From Vicugna vicugna (taxonomy: Eukaryota): a DNA stretch of 64,000 bases. The stretch lies in assembly GCA_013265495.1 (NCBI GenBank), contig MU058198.1:2554419-2618418 (forward strand). The letters are read 5' to 3'. Below the pieces are notes generated by a model, which saw nothing but the letters and a program-made list of their open reading frames with translations, did not search any database and was not told the origin of the DNA. The translations under genes were made by a program, and so were the position numbers. Shown here piece by piece: positions 11,291 to 25,580 of the stretch (positions are counted from its first letter, which is position 1; each line of letters starts with the position of its first letter).

Positions 11291-12964
11291 CCCAGGAAGT
11301 ACTGTTTGACAGATAATTCATACTTTAAATTTCCAGAGCAGTTCAGTCGCTGGTCTTGGGGCACCTACTGTGTGCTTAGTGCTGAGCCAGTAACTGCTGG
11401 AGATTGAGAAGCAGAAGGAAGGGTCATCAAATAGAGACGAGAGTAATTTGTGAACAGTACATCATGGTGCAATGAAGAAATAAGTTGTGTGTCATTAACT
11501 AGTTGTGCCCCAGTTTTGTGTGACCTCTTTTATTTTATTGTGCTGTGAAACAAATGTGTGGAATCTGTCATCCCCAGTCCCTCACCCCAGCCCTGGCTCC
11601 CTCTGCTCTTGGAGGCTTCATCTTCATTCTTTGTAAGCAGCGGAAACTGACTCCGCCTGACTTAAGCAAAAAGGGAATTTATTGAAAGGATTTTGGGGTA
11701 GCTGAAGAGAGTCACTGGGAGGACTGGGGAATCGTGTATCAGGTCTACAGCCAAGAAAAATGCCCCCAGACACACTGTAAAACCGATCTGAAGATCACAC
11801 TGCCACCGCCAAGCACTAGCTGTGCCCTGGACCAAAGTCTGTCCTTAGTACCGCTCAACACTGCCCCTGCCGCTTGGTCTCACGCCTCCCCAGAGAACAA
11901 GCCTCACGTCCTCACTTCTCTGGGTCACTAGCTCCGCATTCCAGGTCTCAAGGTAGTGTGTCTGAGCGTAGGTCATGTGCCCGTGCCTTAGCTTCAAGAA
12001 AGGCGGGAAAGCTGCTTCCCCAGGCTTTGCCTCCCACCTGGACTCTTATCTAGGAAGAGGGGTGCTGGACCCCCAAAAAGAATGAAAAATCTTTCCACTG
12101 TAGTGTTTGTACTCTTGACACCTGTTGATTATATATTTTCTCATTTGCAGAAAGTTACTCTCAATCTGAATTTAGTAACACTTTTAATCTTATTGTGTAA
12201 TTTTTTTTACATCACCATAACATCTAAAAGCACCCCCAAATTTACATATACCATTATGTATGTGTGTTTGTCTGTAGTCGATTCTTGATGTTTCTATATG
12301 AACTTGAAGACCTTATCTAGCCCCCCAGTTCCTGGGCATCTGATGCTCATGGATTTGGAAATGACTAACATAGACCTGAGTTACTGTTGCAAGAAATGCT
12401 AGGTTGACTCTCCATTCTAGTGTTGTAACCCCCCTCTGGTTCTGGCGTTTGACTTTTATGAAATTGTTCTGAAAAGTTAGTGAGTACGTTAACCTCCCTT
12501 GAAAAACAGTGAATGGTCTGTTTTTAGAAGTTGAAATCCTTCATATCCTGTTTTTATTTTCAGCCTGGTAAGCCTCTCCAGTTAATATGGTGCCTAACTT
12601 TACTATATTAGTGGCATTTTCTTGCATTTATCCAAAACTCTCTTTCAGTTTTTATGTTTCTCTCTGCTTCAGTATTCCAGTAGTTAATGAGCAGTCTTCC
12701 AAATCTATTAATCATTCCACCTCAGTCAGTACAAGGGAGGGGGATATCTGAATGACAGTTTTAAAGAAAAGTGTAGTGTGGGCTTTGGATCCAGTTAAAC
12801 CAAGGATTACATTGTGCTCCGATGTTCATTAACCTTGCAAGCTCCGGCCCGTTCTTCAGCCCTGCTAAGTCTGTACTCCTCTCTTTGCCCTCCAGCCTCT
12901 AGAGTATCTGGGAGCTGGTTCATCAAGGCACCCAGTGCTTGGCACGTACCAAGTCCTTGGCTAA

Positions 12965-13243
<279 letters not shown>

Positions 13244-14420
13244 GCACGAGGAGGTTGAAGTCCTCGGAGTCCACCCCAAGAATGTATGCTCTGGAAGAGG
13301 GTCTGCGTTCGCGATTATGTGAAGGGAGGACCTTTGGGGACTGCCATTCTCAATATCATGTAGGAATTTAAAAAGCCAAAATACTAATTATTTCTTTGTA
13401 GTGTGTAAAGGGATGTTTTTAAAAAACAAAAACCCCACTCTTTGAGGATTTTTATCAACTCTACCCGGCAATGCAGGTCACACTCCAATTATGGAAGATA
13501 TTTTTTATACTTAATTGCAGTAGGGACTCATTCCCGGTCAAAGCAATAGTCATGACTTCACATGGAACCAGTAAATACGGATTGTTTTTAATAAAATGAA
13601 GAGACTGGCAATAAAACTGTCCATGCAATCGCAAATATTGGTTATAAGATGTAGCCTCTGATACTCTCTCATGTTTAGGAATTCTGTCATTATTCAAGAA
13701 AATGTTTTTAATCACGCTAATAAACTTTTTTGGAGATGACTTTGGCATTGTGTTTGAGTTACTGTAAGGCTCCCCTAGCATCTTTCACTGCTTTAGCTTC
13801 AGGAGTAACCAAGTATGGTAGCATCATGTGAAAGATGCAGTCGACTTGAGTATGTGGTGAAGGAAGGCTTTAGACTGGGGGTGGGGGCGTTATTGTAAAT
13901 TGTGGTGAACACTGAGGCAATCTGGACCACCCTCAAAAGAATAACCTCATTCAGCTATAGTACTTCAGGGACCACCTCTACTTCCCCAATTCATGTTGTT
14001 TTGGGAAACACAGGACCCTGGGTTCTGACTTTGTGATAGGGTGCATGCTACACTCAGAATTTTGCTGTCCTGGACAGTCTCAGGTTCTCAGAATTGAAAC
14101 ACCCAGTTTTGTCTGCTGACAAAATGCAACTTAAAGATGTTTTAATTCAACTTCTTACTCTACACTTGTATACCTCTTTCCCAGAACTTGGCTCTTCTCG
14201 AAATCCTTCACTGAGTTTATTATTTGCCAAGAACATGGTTTGAGGAAACCATGTCAGACTCATGCATCCTAGAATCCACGAGTGCCTCCAACCGTGCATC
14301 CAGAAATGTTGCTGTGAGGAACTCATTAGCAAGATCAATAGCCATTGTGAATGTTCCAAAGAGCAGAGCACTTAACCCAGAATCTAAAATCTGAGTAATA
14401 AAAGAGATGCCAATTCGAGA
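13244..14420 (+). other. METTL9: METTL9 3'UTR region with candidate polyadenylation signals (3' end uncertain)
   Basis: AATAAA at 13590, 13610, 13719 and 14397 downstream of the stop in AT-rich, non-repetitive sequence. Confidence 0.6.
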
Positions 14421-15158
14421 TTGTGGCTATTAACAATATGTTATTCTCACAACTTTATTTCTTTTTTCAGCCAGGTGTTTCATTAAATATTCTCATTTAT
14501 GTGCTCGTAGAAGTCATCAAATCAACACATTTACTGCAACACCTGGGTATAAAGGAGAATTAAAGCCTTGAGAAGAATGACTTTATTATTCATTAAGAAC
14601 AGCATTCCCATATCCTCACACCAATATCTTCCACTGTTATTGTGTAGTCATGATAAGAGTTGGGTTATGTGATTTATGCAAAAGTGTTAACTGATGCGTT
14701 CTAATGCTTTTTGCCAGGAATTCAAGTAAGTGAAGCGCAATACTTAGCACCTTAGATTGTAAAAATAGAGGAAATGAGTAAACTTGATGTAGTTCTTGTA
14801 CAGTTGAGTTTTGCTTCTTTATAAACTGTCATAATCAGGGGTTGCTGTTTTAGATTGTCCAACAAGAGTGCAAGAATGATGGGTGTTCAAAGAGGCGGGT
14901 TGTTCCAAAATGTTTCATAACTTTGAAATCAAGAATGGATTTCATGGTCTGTTAAAAAAAAAACCTCATTCTTTACCCCCCCCAAATCAGAAAAAGCACA
15001 TTCATTTATGCATTTCAAAGATAAAAACAGTTTCTCCAAATCTGAGATTCTCTGAAAACCAAATTCTTAAAAGTGCCGGCTTTTGGTGAAAATTTAAACC
15101 AGCAAATCCACTCACATTTCCTTCCTGGTCTTGAAAGTCTTGGTGGTGTGTCACAATT

Positions 15159-15174
15159 CCACTAGATGGCAGTG
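15159..15174 (+). promoter_or_regulatory. CTCF motif between METTL9 and OTOA
   Basis: CCACTAGATGGCAGTG matches the CTCF core CCASYAGRKGGCRS. Confidence 0.6.
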
Positions 15175-16338
15175 TTGCTGAGTGTCAATGGCTCTTTTTT
15201 TTTTTTTTTCCCTAAATGGAATCATGTTTTTCCCCTCCAAAGTACAATAAACTGCCTTCTTGTCTGCACCATTTCTTGTGTTTAAGTGCTTCATATCAAG
15301 TTAAGGTTGTGCTGGAGAAATTAAGAAGAGCTGTATTTGTGGTCAAAGCAAGCGAACCATTTGACCTGAAAGGTCACAGAGAAAGGAAATGCAAGCTGCA
15401 CCTGTGATTCAGGGCGTTTTGCACCTGCAGTTGTCAGCCCCTCAAGTGCTTAGACCACTGATTTCAGAGAAGGGAAGGGAAGAAGACACAATGGCCTCAG
15501 TCATTTCTCCCTTGTGCAGAATAGGTAAGAGGGACTGTGTATTTTCTACCCTTCTCAATGTCATATCAGGTATTACATAAAAGTTGACCTTTAACAGAAA
15601 AAGAAGCTGGACTGGGAAAATAAAGTAAAACTTAGTTGTTTCAAGTCATCTTTCTGTGTAGAGCTTTGTTTTCACTGAGTTCCGAGGATAGTGTTTAAAT
15701 CGACTTGTAATGAAGCAAGATGTTTTCATTAACTGTTTCCCACTGCGTGGTTACTGATAAAAGTATTTCATGATCCTTTTTCTCAAACAGCTATAGCATC
15801 TTCAACACGGGCTTCCAGTAGCTAAAGTGACTTACCACGTTTGTGCAGATGCCTAAGTGCCCCACAAAGAAGCTTTTATCCAGTGCACCCATGTTGCAGC
15901 TGGAAGATAGTGTGCTGAACCAGGGCTGTCTGGGCTGAGCTGTGCTGCCTAGGAGTGCCCTGAGCACAAACTGGGCTCATAATTGACTTGAAACAAGCAG
16001 GATCCTCCATAACTCACAACCAGCTTATCAGAGACACACAATCATGAACTGGTAGAAGGAAGTTCACCCTGTATCCATGCTAAGATCTAAGTGAAAAGAT
16101 GCACCCAGAATCATTTAGGAGATATTACCACGATACAAAATTAAACAGCCTGCCTTTTTGCAGTTAGTAGATGGTGAGACAATAGCTAGACAGCAGTGAA
16201 CAGTGCAATAAAAAATTTCATATCCCCTGTAGCTATTGGTATAGGTGCTTGTATTTTGCTGATTACTTTATCAGTTTTGATTGTGTTGTGTTTGTCTTCT
16301 ATGAGGAATTGATTCTTTTTAGCTGTCACTTGCTTTTT

Positions 16339-17190
16339 AATTTAATTTTATTTTTTAAACAGTTTTTTACTGAGTTATAGTCATTTTACAATGTTGTGTC
16401 AAATTCCAGTGTAGAGCACTATTTTTCAGTTATACATGAACATACATATGTTCATTGTCACTTTTTTTATTTTCGCTGTGAGCTACCACAAGATCTTGTA
16501 TATATTTACCTGTGCTATACAGTATAATCTTGTTTGTCTATTCCACATTTTGAAATCCCAGTCTGTCCCTTTCCCACCCCCTGCCCCCTTGGCAACCACA
16601 AGTTTGTATTCTATGTCTATGAGTCTGTTTCTGTTTTGTATTTATGTTTTTTTTCCTCTTTTTTTAGATTCCACATATGAGTGATCTCATATGGTATTTT
16701 TCTTTCTCTTTCTGGCTTACTTCACTTAGAATGACATTCTCCAGGAACATCCATGTTGCTGTAAATGGTGTTATGTTGTCGGTTTTTATGGCTGAGTAGT
16801 ATTCCATTGTATAAGTATACCACATCTTCTTTATCCAGTTATCTGTGGATGGACATTTGGGCTGTTTCCATGTCTTAGCTATTGTAAATAGTGCTGCTAT
16901 GAACATTGGGGTGCAGGTGTCTTTTTGAAGTAGGGTTCCTTCTGGATATATGCCCAGGAGCGGGATTCCTGGGTCATATGGTAAGTCTATTCCTAGTCTT
17001 TTGAGGAATCTCCATACTGTTTTCCACAGTGGCTGCACCAAACTGCATTCCCACCAGCATTGTAGGAGGGTTCCCTTTTCTCCACAGCCTCTCCAGCATT
17101 TGCCATTTGTGGGCTTTTGAATGATGGCCATTCTGGCTGGTGTGAGGTGATACCTCATTGTAGTTTTGATTTGCATTTCTCTGATAATTA
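16339..17190 (-). mobile_element. Young 5'-truncated LINE-1 with uninterrupted ORF2 C-terminus
   Basis: ORF 16664..17221 ([15 protein letters not shown]...[11 protein letters not shown]...WKQPKCP...) is the L1 ORF2 cysteine-rich end; T-rich tail; TSD tgtcacttgcttttt (16324-16338) / tgtcatttgcttttt (17191-17205). Confidence 0.93.
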
Positions 17191-17214
17191 TGTCATTTGC
17201 TTTTTTAAAATTTA

Positions 17215-18280
17215 CTTTCAAATAAATTTTATTTTGGAATAATGTTAGATTTGGAGAGATCTTGCAAAGATAGCGCAGAGAGTTCCCGTGTACCCTTTAC
17301 CCCTCAACATTATCTTACATAACTGTGGTATATCTGTCAAAACTGAGAAATTAACATCGATACATTAATGTTAAATCAACTACAGACTACTGGAATTTTG
17401 CCCGTTTTTCCATTAATGACTTTTTTCTGTTCTAGGAATCAATTCAGCATACCACATCCCATTTAGTTGCTTATGTTTAAACTTGTTAGTGTTCCCTGAC
17501 ACAGTATGATTATTTATCTCTTTCTTCCAATTTTTAAATTGTAAAATCACATAAAATTTACCATCTTAGCCATTTTTAGGTCTACAGTTCAGTGGTATTT
17601 AGTACATTCATATTGTGCAACCATCACTGCCATCAATTTTTACTCTTTTTATCTTGCAAAACTGAAACTCTGTACCTATTAAACACTAACTCCCCATTCC
17701 CTCTCCCCACCTTGCCCCCCAGCCCCTGGCAATCCCTGTTACTACTTTCTATGAATTTGGCTATTCTACCTCATCATATAAGTGGAATCATACAGTATTT
17801 GTCTTTTTTGTGGCTGACTTATTTCACTTAGCATAATGTTCTCAAGATCCATCCATGTTGTAGCATATGTCAGAATTTCTTCCCTTTTTATGGCTGAATA
17901 ATATTCCATTTTATGTTTTCTTGCTTATCATTCATCTGTCAATGGACACGGGTTACTTCCACCTTTTTGTCCTTGAGAATAATGCTGCTGGGAACATGGG
18001 GGTACAAATATGTTTGAGTTGCTGTTTTCGCTTTGGGTATACACTCAGAAGTGGGACTGCTGGATCATATGGTAGTTTTATGTTTAATTTTTTGAGGAAT
18101 TGCCAAATTGGTTTCCACACTGGCTGCACCATTTTATATTCCCACTAACAATGTACAAATATTCCAATTTCTCCACATTCTCCCTAATAACTTGATATTT
18201 TGCATTTTTCTTAATAGTAGCCATTCTGATGGATGAGAAGTGGTATCTCCTGGTTTTGATTTGCATTTCCCTAATGATTT
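17215..18280 (-). mobile_element. Older L1M-type fragments (3' ends)
   Basis: Degenerate ORF2 remnant MQIKTRRYHFSSIRMATIKK and L1M 3'UTR motifs. Confidence 0.75.
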
Positions 18281-19271
18281 GTTTTTAAAGTATGACTTGT
18301 ATGGTATTGAGTTTCACTTACTAGTAATTTATACTTTGTGGCTTGCTATCTATATTGATATCAATGAATTGGAAACAGTGTTCAGTGACACCAAAGTACT
18401 TCTTTTAGCTATGAAATTGTATACTTTTGGAGAATTAGGGGAATATTATTACATAACTAGAACTTAAGATTTCCCCCTGGATTTTAGAGTCAATATGCTG
18501 TATTCACATGAATTAGATACTGGTGTATTTTTGTTACAAGTCCATTTAAAAATTACTTTCAGTACATGTAGAATGAAAAGTAAAGATCCCCTCCCCCACC
18601 CCCAAATAAATGACCATGTGAAGTTGGAATGTCTTGTACACCTGCACTTCTTAAGTTCTGGAAAATAATTAAAAACACAATGCCTGAACGCTGTTTTCTT
18701 ATATCCTATTCAAGAGTCAACACAGAATATTAGTTTTGCCTTTGAACCCTCAACACTTTTCAAATGGTAGAGTTGAGGTGTTTGAGAATAGATTGACAGT
18801 GCTTTTTATACTCAACAGAACAAAAATCTTTGCCTGCACTTGATTTTGCCACCTTGTTTTTATTATTGGTTATTTATAAAGTGGCTGTGACTGACCATAA
18901 AGCCCTAGTGGTTTTTGCATTATAAGTAGCACATTTGTTACAGAAAATGTAGAAAAATTACAAACAGGTGTAAGAAAAAAATGCAAATAAACTTTACCCA
19001 TCCCATAACCCTGAGAGCACCACTATTAACATTTTGGTATATACCCTTCTGAACTTTTTTCTATGCATATATGTGCCCACACATACACATTTACAAATTT
19101 TCAACATCAAAAATTTTGAAAATAAAAAGATACTTTTATTCTTCCAAGATGAATCATGTGAGACTTGAAGACATCTATTTTCAAAATCAAAAATTGACAA
19201 AGGATGGTAGACATTTCCCATCATTAAGGGCTTGAGGGTAAGCTTCTAATTTAAAGGATAAGTTTGTTTAA

Positions 19272-19348
19272 AGCTTAGCGGTAGAGTGCATGCTTAACAT
19301 GCACAAGATCCTGGGTTCAATCCCCAGTACCTCCATTAAAAGAATTAA
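19272..19348 (+). mobile_element. tRNA-derived SINE (camelid vic-1-like), 5'-truncated
   Basis: agcttagcggtagagtgcatgcttaacatgcacaagatcctgggttcaatccccagtacctcc with A/B box remnants. Confidence 0.8.
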
Positions 19349-20429
19349 ACCAAGAGCCTAGGGACAGACAGGTGTTTTTGAGAATGCTGATAAATGTTAT
19401 AACTATTTATAAATAATATAAATATTGTATAAATAACTACCAGAACAGTACAGTTGGCCATTTCTGAAGAGAATGTGTAATTTTGCCATTGACAAAATAA
19501 TGTCAGCATTAGGCATTTCAGTGGTTACTTTAGAATTTTTCAGATCTTGAGATGTGTTTCAATAATGTAAAGGGTTGTAAGGAAATCTCCAGAGTTCACA
19601 ATTATGTTTTCAACAGAAAGGACGTAGAACAGTTATGCATATTTCCACCATGCAAACCTTACACTTCAATATATTCCTTTCTGTTTTAATAAAAAATGCA
19701 TATACATTTATTACTTAATATTCGGCCTTTTCGCATATAAAATAATTTCCTTGTATTTCTATTACACACTCTTTGTTAATGCCCATTTAAATAGCTGTAT
19801 CAACTATGAAGTTATATACCCACGAAGCTGATGGAGTATAGTTTATGTAACCATTTCCTTAATGGTGGACAGAAGTTGGTTTTTTTCCTACCACCTCTCC
19901 CTCTTTCTTAATATTTATATGTAACGCTGCTGCAGTAAATATTTTGGTGCACAAGCCTGCTTAACCTCTAAGGATTTTTTTTCCCGTTAGATACATGTGG
20001 TCACATTTACTAATCAAGGGGATCTGAATATCTTTACAATTCTTATTATTTTACAAAAAAGTTTTATTATGGAAAATTCTAAGCACATAAAAAAGATGAA
20101 ACTAGGTAATACTGGTCCTTGCTCAGGCTGCCCCAAGTACCATCATATGGCCAGCTTTGTTTCACCCAGGCTCCTGCCACTCCTTGGTCCCTGTTATTTC
20201 CAAACCCCAGACATCATATTTGAGTTTTGTAAATACATATGTGAAAGATAAGAACTCTTAAAAGACACCACATTGCAATCGTCACACCTAAAAATAACCC
20301 CTAACTATTCAACATCCAGCGACCACATCGCTCCAATTGTCCTATCATTTTTTAAATAGTTTGAATCCGGATCCAAAGAGAGTCCCTACATTGCAATTGG
20401 TGGATGTGTCTGTAAAGCCCTTCAGCCTC

Positions 20430-20900
20430 TTCGTCCGCCGCTTGTCTGGGAGAGGGGAGAGGGGCGAGGGAGAGCGCGTTTTGTCTTGCGCGCTTCGGGA
20501 CTGTGACCCCCGCGGCGCTCGGAGCCCGGGTGTCCCCTCCGCAGGTGCCACCGCAGGGAGGTGGGAGCCGTTCCCACCGCCCGCCCGCCCGCCGGACTCA
20601 GAGCAGCAGAGCCGGGCACCGCAGGTGAGGTGCGGGCAGCCGGGGAGGAGGACCCGGCGGGGCCAGGCGCACGGGACGCGGGCGGGAGCAGCTGGTGGCG
20701 CTGGGGTCGCCTGGGGGCCGGGGGTTGGTGGTTGGAGAGGGGGGTCGCCGCGGGGCCTCCCCAGGGAAGAGGCACAAGGTGGAGTGGGGCAGCTGGTGAC
20801 AGAGAATGGAAGATCGGCGAAGGTTTTTAAGGGCCCATGGGCCGGGGGTGTCCGTGGGGTGGAGAGGGGAGGAGGTGATGAAATTTCCAAGAAACGGATC
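20430..20900 (+). promoter_or_regulatory. OTOA: CpG island; probable OTOA promoter and non-coding first exon ending at donor 20624
   Basis: Sharp rise in GC and CpG density, GC boxes (ccgcccgcccgcc ~20577-20593), donor GCAG|gtgagg at 20624/20625; the first coding exon has its own acceptor only 4 nt before the ATG, so an upstream non-coding exon is implied. Confidence 0.7.
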
Positions 20901-23687
20901 CGAACCCACTGGATGACAGTAATAAGAACAGCAGTGGTGACAACTTTGTAAGGATGTCAGCAGCAAAAACAACAGCGTCAGGACTAATAACAGCTCCTGT
21001 TCATTGAGTGTTTACATGTGCCAGTGCTGGGCTCAGTGTTTACATATTCTACATATAAGGAAAGCTCTTTATACATTTTACGTGTTTTATCTCATAGCTG
21101 TTGTGAGGAAGAAATGGGAATATACAGGTAGAGCAAATTGCACCAGCTATGCATCGGATAAATCGATGAACTTTACAAATGTTTGCAGCCTGTGTGAAGG
21201 AGGGGCCATGGCTGTCCCTCATGGTGCAGGAGAGGAAATGCAGGTGGTGCAGGTGGAGGAACTTGTTCAGGCGCTTGCAGCCAGTATGGGGTGCTTTAAA
21301 TTAAACCCGGGGCTTCAATCCCCAACGTTGCCCTGACCACCTAGAGTTTTAGGTTCAGGGCTGCGGAGCAGAGGCTGGAGAGCAGAGCTGGTAAGTGTGT
21401 GGAGTCATTTATCTCTGCATTTGTGATTCACCTACTAGCTGTGTGACCTTGGGCAGTTCACTTGACCTTTTAGAACTTGTTTCCTAGTCTGTGAAAAAGA
21501 AATAATGGTAATGCTTGCCTCAAAGTTTCTGCAAGGACTGAGCAGGGCAATGCGTGTAGCAGGCATGTGCTTTGTTCTCTCTCATTCAACGGTTGCTACT
21601 GCCTCGGGTCCCCCTCTCTGCCATTTGCTTGCTCTGAGACCTCTGCATGTCCACTGAACTCATCTGTGACACTTAAGGGAAGTAGACCTTCAGGGCCGGT
21701 GGATCAGGTGAGTAAATGAAATGATCCAGTAGATGGAAGATGCTCAGTGAGACCAGTGTCCTCCTCTCGGAGTCTCCCCCTTTCATCACGGAATCCCAAG
21801 GCTTCCATTTTGCTCTTCTGAGATGAAAAGAGAGGAAGGGGGATGACTGTCCAGGGTCGCTCACTATCAGGGGAAGAGCTGGAACCAGTGCTCAGGCCTC
21901 CATGTGTCTGTTCCAGAAAGCACCCATTCCCTGAGTTCTACAGCACTTGTGAGCCGGGCTGTTCCAACACCACGGTTTGAAATGAAATCCAAACCCAGAT
22001 CAGTCAGCCTGGTATCTACAAACCAGACAAGTTAGCCCAGTTTGCATTAATAGTAATGAAAATGGTCTTGTGTTTTTTTTTTTTTTGGTAAAAAATCTCC
22101 AAGTTAGTATCTATAGACCCGTATCCATATGTATGTATCCATAATACAGGCTTTTAATAGAGCTGCTCTGCAGACAGTAAAACTCCATGTAATTGTGAAT
22201 TGTTGGTGTATGTCGGGCATGGCAATGCCCCAGCATCTTTGCAAGTTTCATAGAAGATGCTATGTTTCTCATCCTTTGGGTGACCAAATCGGTATCCTGG
22301 TTTGCCTGCAACTTTCCAGGTTTTAAAGCTGAACCCCTCAGTCCCAGAAACTGGGATGACTGGTCTCTCTGCTTATCCAAAAGCGTGAAGTTTTTCAGAA
22401 AAACATGTTCATTTCAAGATTGTGGTTATTGTTGCTGTTTTCATTCTAAGTTTCTTCAAAGTAATCCTTGCCTGCCTAATTTTCGCCCATCTGCAGGGAG
22501 AAGGCCTTTCGGTGAGGAAGGGGTGGGGTGCATGGAGAAAGCTATCCACCGCCAGATCGCCTTTGCCACAGCTCAGCCCTTTCAATCCTCTTGGCCAGTC
22601 TCCTGGAAGAGAGTGACCCGAAGGGCTTTTAATTAAAACCAAATCCCATCCTGGCAATTTCGTTGGAACGAAGACTTTGTGGGCAGCAGAAAGCAGGGCT
22701 TCTGTTTCAGTAATTGTAAACCTCTCGCAGAGTTAATAGGGAGGCTGCAGCGACAGGCACAAGAAGCCTCATTGTCTGGGAAACTGGAGAGTTGTGAATG
22801 AGACCAATGCCCCAGGGCAGCTGACCAAAGGGAAGGGAGGAAAAAGGGCCAGAGGTTCCCCAAAGCCCCAAAGCCAGTGAGCATTATTATGAGAGCTGAC
22901 CGCACCAGCCTGCCGGGGTAGGACTGATGGAGCAGAACGCGTCTACAAAGTGCTTTGGGACCACGTTCGCTCGAAATCTGTTAGAATGCGCCAGTTTTGG
23001 TGTCTGGAGGTTTCAAAAGTTTCATTGGTTTTTGCCCTTGGGCAGTGAAATGAGCAAGTACAACTCTTTTCAAGGCTGGTTGTGAAAGTCCCCTGGGAGA
23101 TAAAGAATCCGTTTGCATGACAAGCCAGACAATACCAGGGAACTCTGTATTAGAGGATGCTGGGGCACCCAGAAGGGAATCTCAAGAAACCCATGGCCTG
23201 CATTATGGGGTCCCTTCAAGTTTCTGTTAAGAGGGTGGCATTCTGTAACTGGGGTGTGGGCGGCCTGGGAGTCAGGGGATGCAAAGCGCAATCCCCAGTC
23301 TTCCCCTGACTTGACCCAGGAGCAGCGCTTAAGTGGTCCTCCCCTTTCTGCCTGTGACCTCCAGGACACCATCCACACCTGCTTTCCTCCCAGCTCTCTG
23401 GCCACCCCTCTCAGCCCCTTTTCCTGGTTCCTCCTCATCTCTCCACCCTCTTTTATGAAAAACACCGCCTCTGTTGTTTTGCTTTTTCTTTTTAAAAGTC
23501 AGTTGTGTGGAAAATTTCAAGCCCATGTAAAGGTAGACACTTGAATATAATGGACCTCGTGTACCTGTCACCCAGCTTCGGTGGTCAACTTGTTTCATCC
23601 ATGTCTGTTTCCTCCCCTTAGATTATTTTGAAGCCATCTCAGACATCTCATTTCTTCTGTAAATATAAAAGAATGGAGTTCTAAAAG

Positions 23688-24025
23688 CAGGCTTGGCACA
23701 CTTTTTCAGTAAAGGAGCAGAGAGTAAATATTTTCGCTTGGTGGACCACACTTCCTTAGTCACAACTTCCCAGCTCTGCCGTTGTAGCATGGAAACAGCC
23801 ACAGACGATACTTAAATGAATGGAATGGCCGTATTCCAATAAAACTATATTTATGGACACTAACATTTAAATTTCATATGCAAAATTTTCATGTGTCAAG
23901 AAATATTGTTCTTTTGATTTTTAAAAACTGTTAAAAAGTATAAAAAACCATGTTTAGCTCATGAGCCACACAAAACCAGGCAGCCTTTGAATTTGGCCCT
24001 TGGGTTGTCGATTGCTAGCACCCTT
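23688..24025. mobile_element. MER58-type hAT-Charlie DNA transposon
   Basis: Recognised MER58 motifs (ctctgccgttgtagcatggaaacagccacagac; ttccaataaaactatatttatggacact). Confidence 0.7.
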
Positions 24026-24044
24026 GGAGAGGTCATTGAGAGGA

Positions 24045-24513
24045 TGTGACCGCTGATTGACCCTCAAGCTGGACTTGGGGATCAGAGGCTCCTTACCTGC
24101 TCCTTACCCACTCCCCTGTCCTTGGAACGTACACTCTGCCCACCAGTCCCACAGTGGGAGCCCTTTTCAAGGACGCAGCCTTGAAAAGGCTGTGTTGGCC
24201 AACCTGGAAGCCCTCTGGGTCTCCTACTGTTGGGACTTTATGGAGGCTTCCTCACATAGGCATAATTTGTTATTAATTCCATTTTCAGCCCCTACCTTCT
24301 CCGGGAGATGGGAGGAGGGCTGAAGATTCCAAGTTTCTAATCATGGCTTCGTCTCTCTGGTGACCAGTCTCCCTTCAGGAGCCCCCCCGAGAGCTGCCTC
24401 AATAGAACCAAAAGTGCTCCTAGTGCTCTTATTATTTAGGAAATTATAAGGATTTTAGGAGCCGTGTGCCAGGAACTGGGGGCAAAATTAAATATGTATT
24501 TTCTCTTATCTCA
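24045..24513. mobile_element. LTR fragment, MER21-like
   Basis: Motifs tttatggaggcttc...cataggcat and ggaaattataaggattttaggagc...gccaggaac typical of MER21-family LTRs (recalled). Confidence 0.55.
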
Positions 24514-24669
24514 GATTTTCCCTTCTTTCAGGGATCTCAGTCTTGTGCTATCCATTGACCAATGTCTGAAAACTTTTATTTTGTATATTTTGTTTGTTTT
24601 CTATTGTTTAAGGCAGGAGAGTTTATCTACCGCCGATTACTCCATCGCAGCTGGAAGCAGAAGTTCAAC

Positions 24670-25215
24670 TCATTCCTTATTTACTGGTGAGTGATAGTCC
24701 ATTGAATGGATAGTCCATATTTGTTTAATCTTGCGTCTATAGTTGAACATTTGCGTTGTTTCCAACTTTTGGCTATTATGAATGAAACTGTGCAAATCTT
24801 TGTATGGAAATATATTTTAATTTCTCTTGGGTAAATGCCCAGGGATAGAATTCCCGGATCATAGTGTATCCTTAACTTCGTAAGACACCACCAAACAGTA
24901 TTCCAAAGGGGCTGTATCAGCAGGTGTAAGAGTTCATGTTGCTCCACATCATCGTCAACACTTGGTATTGTCTGTCTTGTAAACTTTTAGCCATTCTGGT
25001 GCGTATGTCGTGGTATATCTCATATGTGTTTAATGTACATGTTCCTGATAACTAATAACGTTGATAATCTTTTATGTACTACTGGTCATTTGCTTTTATT
25101 TTTTTAATGAAGTTTAAGTTTATATGTTTTTCCCATTGGCTTGTTTATCTTCTACTTACTGAATTGTAAGAGTTCTTTTTATATTCTAGATATAAGTCCC
25201 TTGTCAGATATGACA
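24670..25215 (-). mobile_element. Old L1M fragment
   Basis: Degenerate ORF2 remnant (LWNTVW...YDPGILSLGIYPREIK...KSWKQRKC). Confidence 0.75.
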
Positions 25216-25489
25216 GAGTTCATGCTTTTAACCACCCGTCTTTGCTGGATTGAGGGGAATGGGTGGCGGATATAAGAATATAAGCAGGCTATTGTAGATT
25301 GAGGAGAGAGAGAATTGTGTCTTAGACTAGCATAAGTTTTTAGATGGAGCAAAGGAATTTAAAATTTAAGAAAAACCCTCAAGTGATTCTGGGTCTATCT
25401 GCTCCTCCCTTTTGTCTTCTGAATGTTCTTAAATATACTTAAAATGTACAAACCTGAATCACTTCTGTGCTTGAATTATCCACAGGAGA

Positions 25490-25580
25490 ATGTCTCAGGA
25501 ACCTAGGACACACTGTCTTTTGCTGTTCCTTTTTCTGAGCCATGGAGTGGCAAGTCGTAGAATTCAGGATTCCCAGCAGG
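25490..25580 (+). CDS. OTOA: OTOA coding exon 1 (signal peptide) MSQEPRTHCLLLFLFLSHGVASRRIQDSQQ
   Basis: cacag|gagaATG; donor G|gtaagt; 91 nt. Confidence 0.95.

Noticed and set aside
16664..17221. 185-aa ORF as a host gene
   Set aside because: It is the C-terminus of LINE-1 ORF2 in a 5'-truncated insertion
20337..20972. Overlapping long ORFs (204, 181, 124, 117 aa) on both strands
   Set aside because: Low-complexity G/P/R/A-rich translations are expected from stop-codon depletion in a CpG island; no recognisable domain
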